IMG/VR virus record: IMGVR_UViG_3300014202_001124
Location: 1 to 35,799 of that record
DNA: 35,799 bases
Strand: one strand, 5' to 3'
DNA from: a virus
Lineage: Duplodnaviria > Caudoviricetes
Positions 16,661 to 24,521 of this stretch are shown here, piece after piece. The notes beneath the pieces were generated by a model. The model was not told the DNA's origin and searched no databases. It saw only the letters and a list, made by a program, of their open reading frames with translations. The first letter of the stretch is position 1. The number at the start of each line of letters is the position of its first letter. A program made the position numbers and the translations under genes.

Positions 16661-16682
16661 ATAAACTCCTGTTTTAAAATTC

Positions 16683-16711
16683 ATTATGTGTTGAAACAAC
16701 CCTTAAGTCAA
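16683..16711 (-). promoter_or_regulatory. Sigma70-type promoter of the fibre operon
   Basis: TTGACT-N17-CATAAT with an AT-rich upstream element. Confidence 0.7.
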
Positions 16712-16735
16712 TTTTATTTTATTTATTAATCTGTA

Positions 16736-16771
16736 TTGACACTCAGCGACACCTTGTGACATGATGAGATC
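16736..16771 (+). promoter_or_regulatory. Promoter with 10-bp-phased GACA(C/T) repeats
   Basis: TTGACA-N18-CATGAT; GACAC 16738, GACAC 16748, GACAT 16758. Confidence 0.6.
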
Positions 16772-16981
16772 ATGGATCAAGAGCTGCTATCTGTTAAAGA
16801 TTTTGCTCTATTTGCAGGACTGCATTACAACACCGTTAGAAGAGCCATATTAAGCGGAAGGATTCAAGCAACAAATTATGGCCAAGGAAAAAGAAAGTTT
16901 TACAGAATCCACAAGAGTGAATTTCAAAGACTTGCCTTATTTGACATTAGACAAATTATGAAGAAAGGAGAAGAAAAGTGA
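16772..16981 (+). CDS. Excisionase-family HTH_17 DNA-binding protein
   Basis: LLSVKDFALFAGLHYNTVRRAILSGRIQA...G...FYRIHKSEF. Confidence 0.85.
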   Translation: MDQELLSVKDFALFAGLHYNTVRRAILSGRIQATNYGQGKRKFYRIHKSEFQRLALFDIRQIMKKGEEK

Positions 16982-17202
16982 CCATGAAAAGCTTCAGGAA
17001 AGGAGAGATGATCCGAGTTCCTGAAATGACACTATGCCCAGTCGAAAAGAAAGTTTGCATGACAGACGACCCCTATGAAGTAGTTGAGATCATCAATTTT
17101 GACAACTCAGAGTTCCTAAAGTGTTTTCTTTATGGATTCAATACGAGCCAAGACATTGGAAAGTTTGCTGTTTATCACGACGGAAGGATCAAAAGAGTTT
17201 AA
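16978..17202 (+). CDS. Hypothetical protein
   Basis: GTGA overlap; AAGGAG RBS. Confidence 0.7.
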   Translation: MTMKSFRKGEMIRVPEMTLCPVEKKVCMTDDPYEVVEIINFDNSEFLKCFLYGFNTSQDIGKFAVYHDGRIKRV

Positions 17203-17486
17203 TGTATCATCAAATGTCTAAAGAAGAGATGGATAAGTTTCTAACCGAAATGGGTAGAATGATCACTCTGAAGTGTTTAGACATTGCTCATCCCGGCGAT
17301 ATGTTTGCCGTTCACTATGAAATATGTGTGCTTCAAATAGCCCAAGTCTTCGCCTTTATGGATAAGATTGGGCTTTCTGGAGAGGCAAGGCAGGAAGTTC
17401 TAGAAGAAATGGTTACTCTAGCCTTAATCACACTAGACAATGTGAAAAAAAATACTACCTTTTTTCAGTCTTCTCAGGAGGACTAA
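17202..17486 (+). CDS. Hypothetical helical protein
   Basis: Start moved to MYHQMSKEE (TAATG coupling). Confidence 0.7.
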   Translation: MYHQMSKEEMDKFLTEMGRMITLKCLDIAHPGDMFAVHYEICVLQIAQVFAFMDKIGLSGEARQEVLEEMVTLALITLDNVKKNTTFFQSSQED

Positions 17487-17631
17487 AATCAGCTTCAAAT
17501 CCTGTTTTGTCCTTAAGAAGCTTTTCAGAGGCTTCCTCGATCATGTTATCTGGCCCAAGGAAGACCTGAGACAAAAATCCAAGAACAATCACAGATCCAA
17601 ACAAACCAATCATTACAACTGTTGAAGTCAT
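17455..17631 (-). CDS. Small single-pass membrane protein, 58 aa
   Basis: Below cutoff. AGGAGG RBS and ATGA overlap; MTSTVVMIGLFGSVIVLGFLSQVFLGPDNMIEEASEKLLKDKTGFEADFSPPEKTEKR. Confidence 0.8.
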   Translation of the reverse strand: MTSTVVMIGLFGSVIVLGFLSQVFLGPDNMIEEASEKLLKDKTGFEADFSPPEKTEKR

Positions 17632-17852
17632 ACCCCTCCTGAAACAAGAAACATATAATGAAAAAACACAAAAGTAACCAGGCTCAAGAGAGTATAAAGA
17701 AGACCCTCTTGAACCACATCTAGCTGTTCCTGAAGAACGAGTGGCTGCTTTTTTCTTCTACGCCAAATCTTTATAGCATATATAAAAAAAAAGATAATAG
17801 GTAACAGGAAACATATTTCCTTAAGTGGCAGATAACTAAACACTTGTCCCAT
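17628..17852 (-). CDS. Small two-TM membrane protein (holin-like topology)
   Basis: ICFLLPIIFFFIYAI-KIWRRRKK ... GLLYTLLSLVTFVFFHYMFLV; GAGGTG RBS before ATG 17852. Confidence 0.65.
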   Translation of the reverse strand: MGQVFSYLPLKEICFLLPIIFFFIYAIKIWRRRKKQPLVLQEQLDVVQEGLLYTLLSLVTFVFFHYMFLVSGGV

Positions 17853-18126
17853 TTTGAAACACCTCAAAAAATAGGTTATTTAGGTCGTTTTGCTGTATCT
17901 TTTTATACCTCATGATTCCGGCATCTTGAAAAGCGCCAAGTATGACAAAATTGCTTTTTTCAAGTTTTTTACGAACTTTTGACCACTTATCGACAGAGCA
18001 AGTATAACTTTTGAAAAACCATCTCTCATTTGTTCTCCCTTCCAGGATTCCTACGTTTTGTTGGAATTCTGGCAAAATAGCTTCTGGAATACTAGAGCTT
18101 TGGACACGTTCAAGTTTCATCTCCAC
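17836..18126 (-). CDS. Small beta-alpha-beta-beta family protein (member 6)
   Basis: FKSYTCSVDKWSKVRKKLEKSNFVILGAFQDAGIMRYKK. Confidence 0.65.
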   Translation of the reverse strand: MEMKLERVQSSSIPEAILPEFQQNVGILEGRTNERWFFKSYTCSVDKWSKVRKKLEKSNFVILGAFQDAGIMRYKKIQQNDLNNLFFEVFQNGTSV

Positions 18127-18316
18127 TTGTGTCTCCTGGTTGATGAATCATCTTAAAGGCGCTTGTTACCTTTTGATAGGTGAATATGACATTGTCTTCC
18201 CCATCTTTTGGTTCTTCGGTAGACAAGATCTTATAACCGTTTCTCTCCATGTCTAGTCGGTAGGAGAGAAAATGCTCTCTTGGACAAACTCCAGTTCTAA
18301 TTCCATTCATGATCAT
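18110..18316 (-). CDS. Small beta-alpha-beta-beta family protein (member 5)
   Basis: IRTGVCPREHFLSYRLDMERNGYKILSTEEPKDGEDNVIFTYQK. Confidence 0.72.
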   Translation of the reverse strand: MIMNGIRTGVCPREHFLSYRLDMERNGYKILSTEEPKDGEDNVIFTYQKVTSAFKMIHQPGDTSGDET

Positions 18317-18491
18317 CCTTTTGAGAAGATTATGTTGATTCCTTTTCCATTCACTACAATTTCTTCGATTCTCATTTTACCATCTTCGTCCTTTTCTGTT
18401 TTTTGATCTGGATCAACCACGTCGTATTAGGGATGGATTATTTTGATCATGCTATTATATGACTTGGCAACGAAGTTGCAAAGGAGGCCTT

Positions 18492-18779
18492 ATGGACCAA
18501 ACCAGCATAGTCATAAACATTTACATTACATCTGATAATGGTATTCCATCATCTGTTCCAATTGCACTTCCCCCAAACTCAAATGAACAAATTGTGACAA
18601 TCACAACAGTGCTCGCTCAAGAAGCTTTAAATAAGTTTCAGAAGGGTGAGAGATTTGTGATCACCAATACAGCAAAGGTGTCTAAGAAGATTCTGAAAAA
18701 GATTTTCACAGAAGCTATCCCAGGACTTACAGTAAAAGTCCTAAAGATAGGCTCTGTGATTCTTATGTCTGTTATCTAG
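18492..18779 (+). CDS. Hypothetical protein inserted antisense within the small-gene array
   Basis: AAGGAGG RBS before MDQTSIVINI; its stop overlaps the convergent 18776..18958. Confidence 0.75.
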   Translation: MDQTSIVINIYITSDNGIPSSVPIALPPNSNEQIVTITTVLAQEALNKFQKGERFVITNTAKVSKKILKKIFTEAIPGLTVKVLKIGSVILMSVI

Positions 18780-18958
18780 TCGTTTTGTGAATGCATAAGC
18801 TTAAGCTTTGCAGCCTCGTTTGCTTTCATATAGGTGATGCTAGCGCTATTTTTCCCGTAAAATGGATCAAGAACGGTATAGCCATTAGCTTTTAAGTCAG
18901 CAACCTTGGCTGCTACATCTTCTGGGGCAACGCTCACGCTATGAAGTCTTGGGATCAT
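18776..18958 (-). CDS. Small beta-alpha-beta-beta family protein (member 4)
   Basis: LHSVSVAPEDVAAKVADLKANGYTVLDPFYGKNSASITYMK; AAGGAG RBS. Confidence 0.78.
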   Translation of the reverse strand: MIPRLHSVSVAPEDVAAKVADLKANGYTVLDPFYGKNSASITYMKANEAAKLKLMHSQND

Positions 18959-19161
18959 AAATTCTCCTTGTTATTATTTAATTTTAAGCGAATAAGGTGG
19001 GCGTAAAGTTCCACCTCTTCAACCGTGAAAGAAAAACTGATACGATTTCCTTTCACTCTGATATTTCCAACTGTTCCTCCGGCCTCATTCAAGATGGAAT
19101 CGTAATACGATCCGAATTCTTTAGTCGAAACTTCGTAATGGAATACAGTTTTTATGGACAT
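18955..19161 (-). CDS. Small beta-alpha-beta-beta family protein (member 3, most divergent)
   Basis: VFHYEVSTKEFGSYYDSILNEAGGTVGNIRVKGNRISFSFT. Confidence 0.7.
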   Translation of the reverse strand: MSIKTVFHYEVSTKEFGSYYDSILNEAGGTVGNIRVKGNRISFSFTVEEVELYAHLIRLKLNNNKENL

Positions 19162-19163
19162 AT

Positions 19164-19493
19164 TCAGTTAACCATCACCCTCTGTTTCTTATCTGTGGAT
19201 ATCACCTTTCCCCAAGGATAGACATGGGTAAACTTCTTAACATCCTTAATATTAGTCGTGGTGTAGTGGATTAGCTCATCTTGTATATAAATAAGCTGAA
19301 GACCAGCATCTTTTCCACTGACAAGAGTTCCAATGTCTCCATTGCTGTACCAAGCGACATGCCAAGTCTCTCCTTCTGAGTCCACAAGATATTGAATATC
19401 ATAAGAGTAAAACTCATCAGAGGCTAAAAGGTAGGTCCAATTTAAGACCATGGCAATTATTAAGTATTTGCTTAAGTTTTTGACCATATCCAT
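19164..19493 (-). CDS. Putative exported beta-rich protein
   Basis: N-terminus MVKNLSKYLIIAMVLNWTYLLA|SDE resembles a Sec signal peptide. Confidence 0.7.
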   Translation of the reverse strand: MDMVKNLSKYLIIAMVLNWTYLLASDEFYSYDIQYLVDSEGETWHVAWYSNGDIGTLVSGKDAGLQLIYIQDELIHYTTTNIKDVKKFTHVYPWGKVISTDKKQRVMVN

Positions 19494-19500
19494 CCTTTAT

Positions 19501-19743
19501 TTAAAGATTTTCCTTTCTAAGCATATCGATTCTTCTGCAAGCCGGAAGATGAGCATTTCCTCTAGCAACGGGCTGCCTAGTACTCCAATAAGTAAAGTTT
19601 ACAAAACTTTCACCTTTATCGTTTTGGAAAATCGAATCAAGAGCTACTCCATAGCCATTTGATTGCAAACGGTTAACTTTTTCTTGAAATGCCTCTACGC
19701 TACAATGACTAAAAAATATTTCATTATTAAAATCAGTTTTCAC
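19501..19743 (-). CDS. Small beta-alpha-beta-beta family protein (member 2)
   Basis: IFFSHCSVEAFQEKVNRLQSNGYGVALDSIFQNDKGESFVNFTYW; AGGAG RBS before GTG. Confidence 0.75.
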   Translation of the reverse strand: MKTDFNNEIFFSHCSVEAFQEKVNRLQSNGYGVALDSIFQNDKGESFVNFTYWSTRQPVARGNAHLPACRRIDMLRKENL

Positions 19744-19751
19744 AATAACTC

Positions 19752-19952
19752 CTATAGATTTGCGTGTGATAAATTCTCCCTATATTTGTGTCTAAAAGAA
19801 GTTTGTGCAACCTTATCAAGTTTAATGTACGTGATGGTTGTTTGACCATCAACCGTCCAAGATCCCGTAACTGAACATCCGGCTCTTCCAAGTCGGTGAC
19901 GGATCTTTGTTTCTTCATGAGGAAAGCAAGTTAAACTTTTGATCATAAACAC
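19752..19952 (-). CDS. Small beta-alpha-beta-beta family protein (member 1)
   Basis: IKSLTCFPHEETKIRHRLGRAGCSVTGSWTVDGQTTITYIK. Confidence 0.7.
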   Translation of the reverse strand: MFMIKSLTCFPHEETKIRHRLGRAGCSVTGSWTVDGQTTITYIKLDKVAQTSFRHKYRENLSHANL

Positions 19953-20074
19953 CTTAAATTTTAGGGATGCAAAGAGATTAGCACAGAACTGGATTTATGG
20001 GAACTAAAAAGACTCCCATCAAAATTCCCAGATTTTCCAACTATTCGGAAATTCCTAAGAGTTCATTTCGCATA

Positions 20075-20473
20075 TCAAAAACGTATAGTTAAGAGGGTTT
20101 CTGGAGAGGATGAATATCTTTTTTCCATTGATATCTTGTAGATAAGGCCGTCATCTACCCAAACAAGCCCATTACAAACATCAAACATCTTGTACATGTT
20201 GTCTAGATCTGGTTTTTTTTGATGAGGAGCCATTTGTAGGCCTACAAGATTCTTCTTAGGCGTACTTTTTGGGATTGGCATTTTGAAAACAATGTCTAGC
20301 CAAATTGACTTCTTTATGAGCTCAAATCCTTTAGGAAGTTGAGACTGAATAGAGTGTTTATAGAATGCTTTTTCTTGTTTTTGGCTATCGTAAGTGCCAA
20401 ATTTAGAATATCTAGGCCTAAGCTTAGATATTGGGTTGCCTGGTATGACAAGTCTTAAGCTCGCGATAGCCAT
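20075..20473 (-). CDS. rusA: RusA family Holliday junction resolvase
   Basis: IPGNPISKLRPR, MPIPKS.PKK, HQKKPDLDNMYK..D..NGLVWVDDGLI, KRYS. Confidence 0.9.
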   Translation of the reverse strand: MAIASLRLVIPGNPISKLRPRYSKFGTYDSQKQEKAFYKHSIQSQLPKGFELIKKSIWLDIVFKMPIPKSTPKKNLVGLQMAPHQKKPDLDNMYKMFDVCNGLVWVDDGLIYKISMEKRYSSSPETLLTIRF

Positions 20474-20922
20474 TCTAAAACTACAAATCCAGATGTTATA
20501 ACTGGTGCACCACCACCTGCTGTGATAACTATCTCATCAGAGTCTACGACTATTTGAATTTGATCTGTCGCAGCCGAAGCATCCACATAAGGCAAAGGAT
20601 ACCAATTAGGAGTTGCAAATCCGGTTCCATAAATTCTTGTAAATCCAACCATCTTTGAAAAATCAAGTCCATGGGGATAGCTTCCGGGACCAGTAATTGG
20701 ATAAAGCTGACGCTGCGTTTGTTGTTTCCGACTTGTGATGAACCAAGATTCGCCGGTGACTGATGATCTGTTTACTGAAAAAATTCCAATCGTTCTGTCG
20801 TTGATTGCATTTGCTAAATCAACATAGGTTCTGTCTACTTCTTGAGAAAGATCTTCAGATTCAGTCGGGAAAGACCTACTGACTCTAAGAAATGGAGTGT
20901 TTTGAGCAAATGTTGAACTCAT
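20455..20922 (-). CDS. Virion structural protein (tail-associated)
   Basis: ATGA-coupled to the 1003-aa gene; N-terminal helix plus beta domain (YPHGL...FTRIYG...VVLEWL). Confidence 0.7.
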   Translation of the reverse strand: MSSTFAQNTPFLRVSRSFPTESEDLSQEVDRTYVDLANAINDRTIGIFSVNRSSVTGESWFITSRKQQTQRQLYPITGPGSYPHGLDFSKMVGFTRIYGTGFATPNWYPLPYVDASAATDQIQIVVDSDEIVITAGGGAPVITSGFVVLEWLSRA

Positions 20923-23900
20923 GAGAGAAGCATTGATTGGTTAATGTCTAAAATGATTCCTAAAATCTCAATTTCTGATGTCTGAATTTCAGCAGATATA
21001 AGTGTTGCGGTTCCACCATCTGTATATGCAGAAAATCCACTAGAGTCTAGATCTATTGTGATGGAAGTAGGAGTGCTACTGATTACCAGATAAACGCCGC
21101 TGTTGGGCACGCCTGGAACTGTATTAATTTGAACCATTCCCTCTACATTTTCGATGAGAACAAGCTCATCTGGATCAATCGTGTTGTTAACTGTAATCAC
21201 GCAAGGGTTCGCTTGTGATATCGCCGTGATAGTGAAAGGATCACCATTTTCTGTGTAAGTTCTCATCTGGTCATCAGAGAGTGAGAATCCAACTTGGACC
21301 ACGTCGCCAATCAGTGACGTATTGAATCTATGCCAGATCTCGTCTTGATCAATTGCTGTCACTTGCTGAAGATTGATATTTGCAGGAGTTAGTCCAAGAT
21401 TTGTGCTCTCTGGACAAGTGTAGAGTATGTCTTTGTAAATCAGTGAATCGTTAACAGATGATAAATCTGGAATAATTGGACCCCCGTTATAGGCAGAGTC
21501 TGCATTCGTGCTTAGGAAAATTAGAAGCTGAATTTGTCCAATATTTGTAGCAGATAGCAAGTACATTTGGGCCCCGAGTCTCACCTTTCTCATGTCATTC
21601 CAAACAGGAAACTGTTTGGTTTGAATGTAGGGTCTGTATAGCCGCACAATCGTTCCATTTCCAAGGTATGTTCCACCAGTGATCGGAGGAGATAAATCAA
21701 ATGTGTCAGCTGTGACATTTGTGACTTGGAAGATCTTTCCATTGACTTGTGAAGACACTGTTCCTAAAACACTTTGGATTATGATGAAATCTTGTTCGTT
21801 TAGGCAATGCGCAGGCGATGTGATCGTGTTTGTAGATATGTCTTCAATGAAAAGTGATGGAGACTCGTCTAATCCTTCGTCTTTAAAAACTATGAATCCT
21901 TGCTGATTCCCGGCAATTAAATCAGGCTGAAGAACTGTCGTTTCTCCAGAGTTCCAAGGATCAGTCCACTCTGTCCAACTATCGTAGGGAAGGGTTTCCC
22001 AAGTGAGCCCGGTCTGTCTAAAGAATTGTCCATAGTGAGTATAGGACTCATAGAATAGAGCCCATGTTCTATCTCTATAGTTGTAATAGAGGGATGCAGT
22101 GTTGAAAAGATGAGTTGGGTCTTCTGCATCGTCCACATTATTGATTGGATAAGAGAAGTAGATCCACTCATTCATGAAGTCTCTTTGAGCCGTAATTCTC
22201 TCTGGTCCATTATCCCTTAAATTCATCTGGAAGACAGCATCTGGAATATCCAAATCAAATCTGTCGACACTTGTTTGGATAGCTTGGACAAGACCTCTTT
22301 CTCCACGAGTAAGCGTAGACTCTCCAAGATTAACTGTTCCAAATGGACCTGAGCTTCCAAGCTCTGAATCAATCTTATAAATCTGAAAAGGAAGAAGATC
22401 ATTACTTGTGTAAACGAGTCTAGAATAGGACTTGGAGTTTCCAAGAAGAACAGCATCTTCATTCTTGGTGGCTGCATTGATCGGCTGATTAGCCCCCGTT
22501 TGAACATAGCCCCCAAATCCGGCCGTATCTTCAAAGTAGGATGCCGGTATTGCTGTCTCGTTAATTGGCGTCAAAATAGGATCGAAAAGCACATTTGGAA
22601 GCTCTGGATCATCACCAGTAAATGATGCTGTGTAGTATGGAGTTCCGTTTTCTGAGTAGATGACTGTGTCTCTTAAGTAGATTTGAGAGTTATCCCCGGA
22701 GGTTTGAACAACTGGTCCTATGAAAAGAAGTCTATCTTTGTAGTTTAAGATGATCTTAGCGCCGCATAGGTAGTAAGTGGCTACTGGAAGCTCTGAAACA
22801 CTGAAGTTACTTTTAGACAGTGGAGGGCAAAAGTTAACCCACCCTTGGTTTCCAGTTCTTGGGTTTCCGTCATACCATCTTAGGCAGTCTTTTGAGGGTG
22901 ATGCTGTGTTTGTGAGGTACTGGGCTATTCCACCAGATGAATATGCACCACCGAGCGTTGCGCTCGGGAATGTCACCGTAACTGTGTTGGCGTTTACAAC
23001 AGTTGTGACATATCCAGTTTGAAAGTTGATTCCAGTTGCACCAACGACTTCATTTATGAAGACAAAATCACCAACTTCCAGTCCATGGTTTGTGATAGTG
23101 ATATCGGCCGTTGCTGGGGGTCCAGCTACGATATTGATTATATTTTCAATCAGCCTAAACTGCATTCCAATGTTTGTGATAGAAAAAGGTACTGTCACTC
23201 CATTAGTTACCCAGACAGCACCCTGGTAATTGTCGGACCAAAACTGCTGATAATCTTGTCCGTTCCAGGTGAATTCTGTATCGGCTGCCTTCTGAATGTA
23301 ATTTGTATACTCACCGCTTGCTGGATTCTTGTAAAAATTGGTGTTTGTTATTGTGTTTGTTCCAGCGTTTGCAACGTTGTAGCTGTACGTTGTGTCAAAA
23401 GCGATCAATCTTGTGATTTCTTCACTAATTTCGTCGTCTTCAAGTCCCATAACCGGAAGATTTGGAAAGTAAGCCATGTCAATATCTACAGGCTCAGACC
23501 CAAACGCCCCAACGCTTAAGTTTAGCGTCACTGCACCAGTCTGATAGTTGATAGTGCTAGTGGCTGTATTTAGAGTTGCGGTTCCGGCAGTCTGAGTCCA
23601 TCCTCCAGATCCATCATCTTGAACTGTGAGAAGGGCTCCTATTGTGATTTCAACGTTTCCAGGCTGAAGACTCGAGTCGGTTTCTAAAGATAAAAGAGAC
23701 TTAATGTTGAAAGAGTATGTAGATCCGCCAGCTGGAGCAGTGTCAATTGCCTCTTGTAAAATCAAACGTCTTAAGCGACCTAAAAACTCCGTTCCGCGCT
23801 TTCTTTTGATCCTTCCTCTCCACTGGTAAGCATTGACGAGGGTTGGAAAAGATGTGTTATCAATTGCAAAGGCTGGAAGGTCATTCTTAAGACCTTTAGA

Positions 23901-23930
23901 AAATGGACCTATGACTAGTTTTTGTCCCAT
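20919..23930 (-). CDS. Tail nozzle / head-stabilisation protein (P22 gp10 / T7 gp12-like) with inserted E1-FCCH-like domains
   Basis: Size and position; N-terminal LVNAYQWRGRIKRKRGT; YKDRLLF and VIYSENG propeller-like motifs; three ITxxNHGLxxGDxVxIxxVxG-type inserts. Confidence 0.7.
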   Translation of the reverse strand: MGQKLVIGPFSKGLKNDLPAFAIDNTSFPTLVNAYQWRGRIKRKRGTEFLGRLRRLILQEAIDTAPAGGSTYSFNIKSLLSLETDSSLQPGNVEITIGALLTVQDDGSGGWTQTAGTATLNTATSTINYQTGAVTLNLSVGAFGSEPVDIDMAYFPNLPVMGLEDDEISEEITRLIAFDTTYSYNVANAGTNTITNTNFYKNPASGEYTNYIQKAADTEFTWNGQDYQQFWSDNYQGAVWVTNGVTVPFSITNIGMQFRLIENIINIVAGPPATADITITNHGLEVGDFVFINEVVGATGINFQTGYVTTVVNANTVTVTFPSATLGGAYSSGGIAQYLTNTASPSKDCLRWYDGNPRTGNQGWVNFCPPLSKSNFSVSELPVATYYLCGAKIILNYKDRLLFIGPVVQTSGDNSQIYLRDTVIYSENGTPYYTASFTGDDPELPNVLFDPILTPINETAIPASYFEDTAGFGGYVQTGANQPINAATKNEDAVLLGNSKSYSRLVYTSNDLLPFQIYKIDSELGSSGPFGTVNLGESTLTRGERGLVQAIQTSVDRFDLDIPDAVFQMNLRDNGPERITAQRDFMNEWIYFSYPINNVDDAEDPTHLFNTASLYYNYRDRTWALFYESYTHYGQFFRQTGLTWETLPYDSWTEWTDPWNSGETTVLQPDLIAGNQQGFIVFKDEGLDESPSLFIEDISTNTITSPAHCLNEQDFIIIQSVLGTVSSQVNGKIFQVTNVTADTFDLSPPITGGTYLGNGTIVRLYRPYIQTKQFPVWNDMRKVRLGAQMYLLSATNIGQIQLLIFLSTNADSAYNGGPIIPDLSSVNDSLIYKDILYTCPESTNLGLTPANINLQQVTAIDQDEIWHRFNTSLIGDVVQVGFSLSDDQMRTYTENGDPFTITAISQANPCVITVNNTIDPDELVLIENVEGMVQINTVPGVPNSGVYLVISSTPTSITIDLDSSGFSAYTDGGTATLISAEIQTSEIEILGIILDINQSMLLS

Positions 23931-23936
23931 GACACC

Positions 23937-24521
23937 TTAAGCTTGAATTACCAATACTGAAACTGTTCTTCCGGCCGTATTTAAGTTTGTAGATTGAAGA
24001 AATATGGAGTCTCCAGCGTAAGACCAGGAAATGGAATCTCCTCCATTGGAGGAATTTATGAAAACGAGGGGTGTAACGGTGTTTGCTATAGCGCCTGGAG
24101 TGAGTGCAATTTCTACAGACTGAGTCGTCGGCTTGGTCAAAGAATCTACGTTACTGTAGTTGTTTCTGGTGATTGCAACTGGAGACCCAACAACTGTGTC
24201 AAAATTCACAAAAGCCCGAATGGCTGATCCTAAAAATATACCATCAGAATTTCGATATTTAAGATTAGATACTGTGGCTGAAGCCATTCCATTTTCAGTA
24301 TATAAAGTAGAGGCTGGATTAACTTGAGCTCCCGGAACATTTTGAGAAGGCATTGTTACTTGCTTATGCCATCCATCACGACTTCCTGAACTTTCAAACG
24401 TGTAATGATCAACATCTATAATTGAATTGATAGAGTTGGTGTTGACTTTCATCCTAGGTTGATCGCGAGATGGTGCGTTTGGAGCATTTGGATTGTCTAA
24501 ATTATAGTCAAAAGTCGGCAT
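23937..24521 (-). CDS. Tail-associated virion protein
   Basis: PSRDQPRMKVNTNSINSIIDVDH...GWHKQVT; lies between adaptor and nozzle. Confidence 0.65.
   Translation of the reverse strand: MPTFDYNLDNPNAPNAPSRDQPRMKVNTNSINSIIDVDHYTFESSGSRDGWHKQVTMPSQNVPGAQVNPASTLYTENGMASATVSNLKYRNSDGIFLGSAIRAFVNFDTVVGSPVAITRNNYSNVDSLTKPTTQSVEIALTPGAIANTVTPLVFINSSNGGDSISWSYAGDSIFLQSTNLNTAGRTVSVLVIQA

Noticed and set aside
18955-19800. Several array proteins end in or near (K/R)ENL, suggesting a shared C-terminal tag
   Set aside because: This is most simply a by-product of purine-rich SD-like sequence (AAGGAG/GGAG) near the 3' ends. It is clearly so for the 18955 gene, so I did not count it as a motif.
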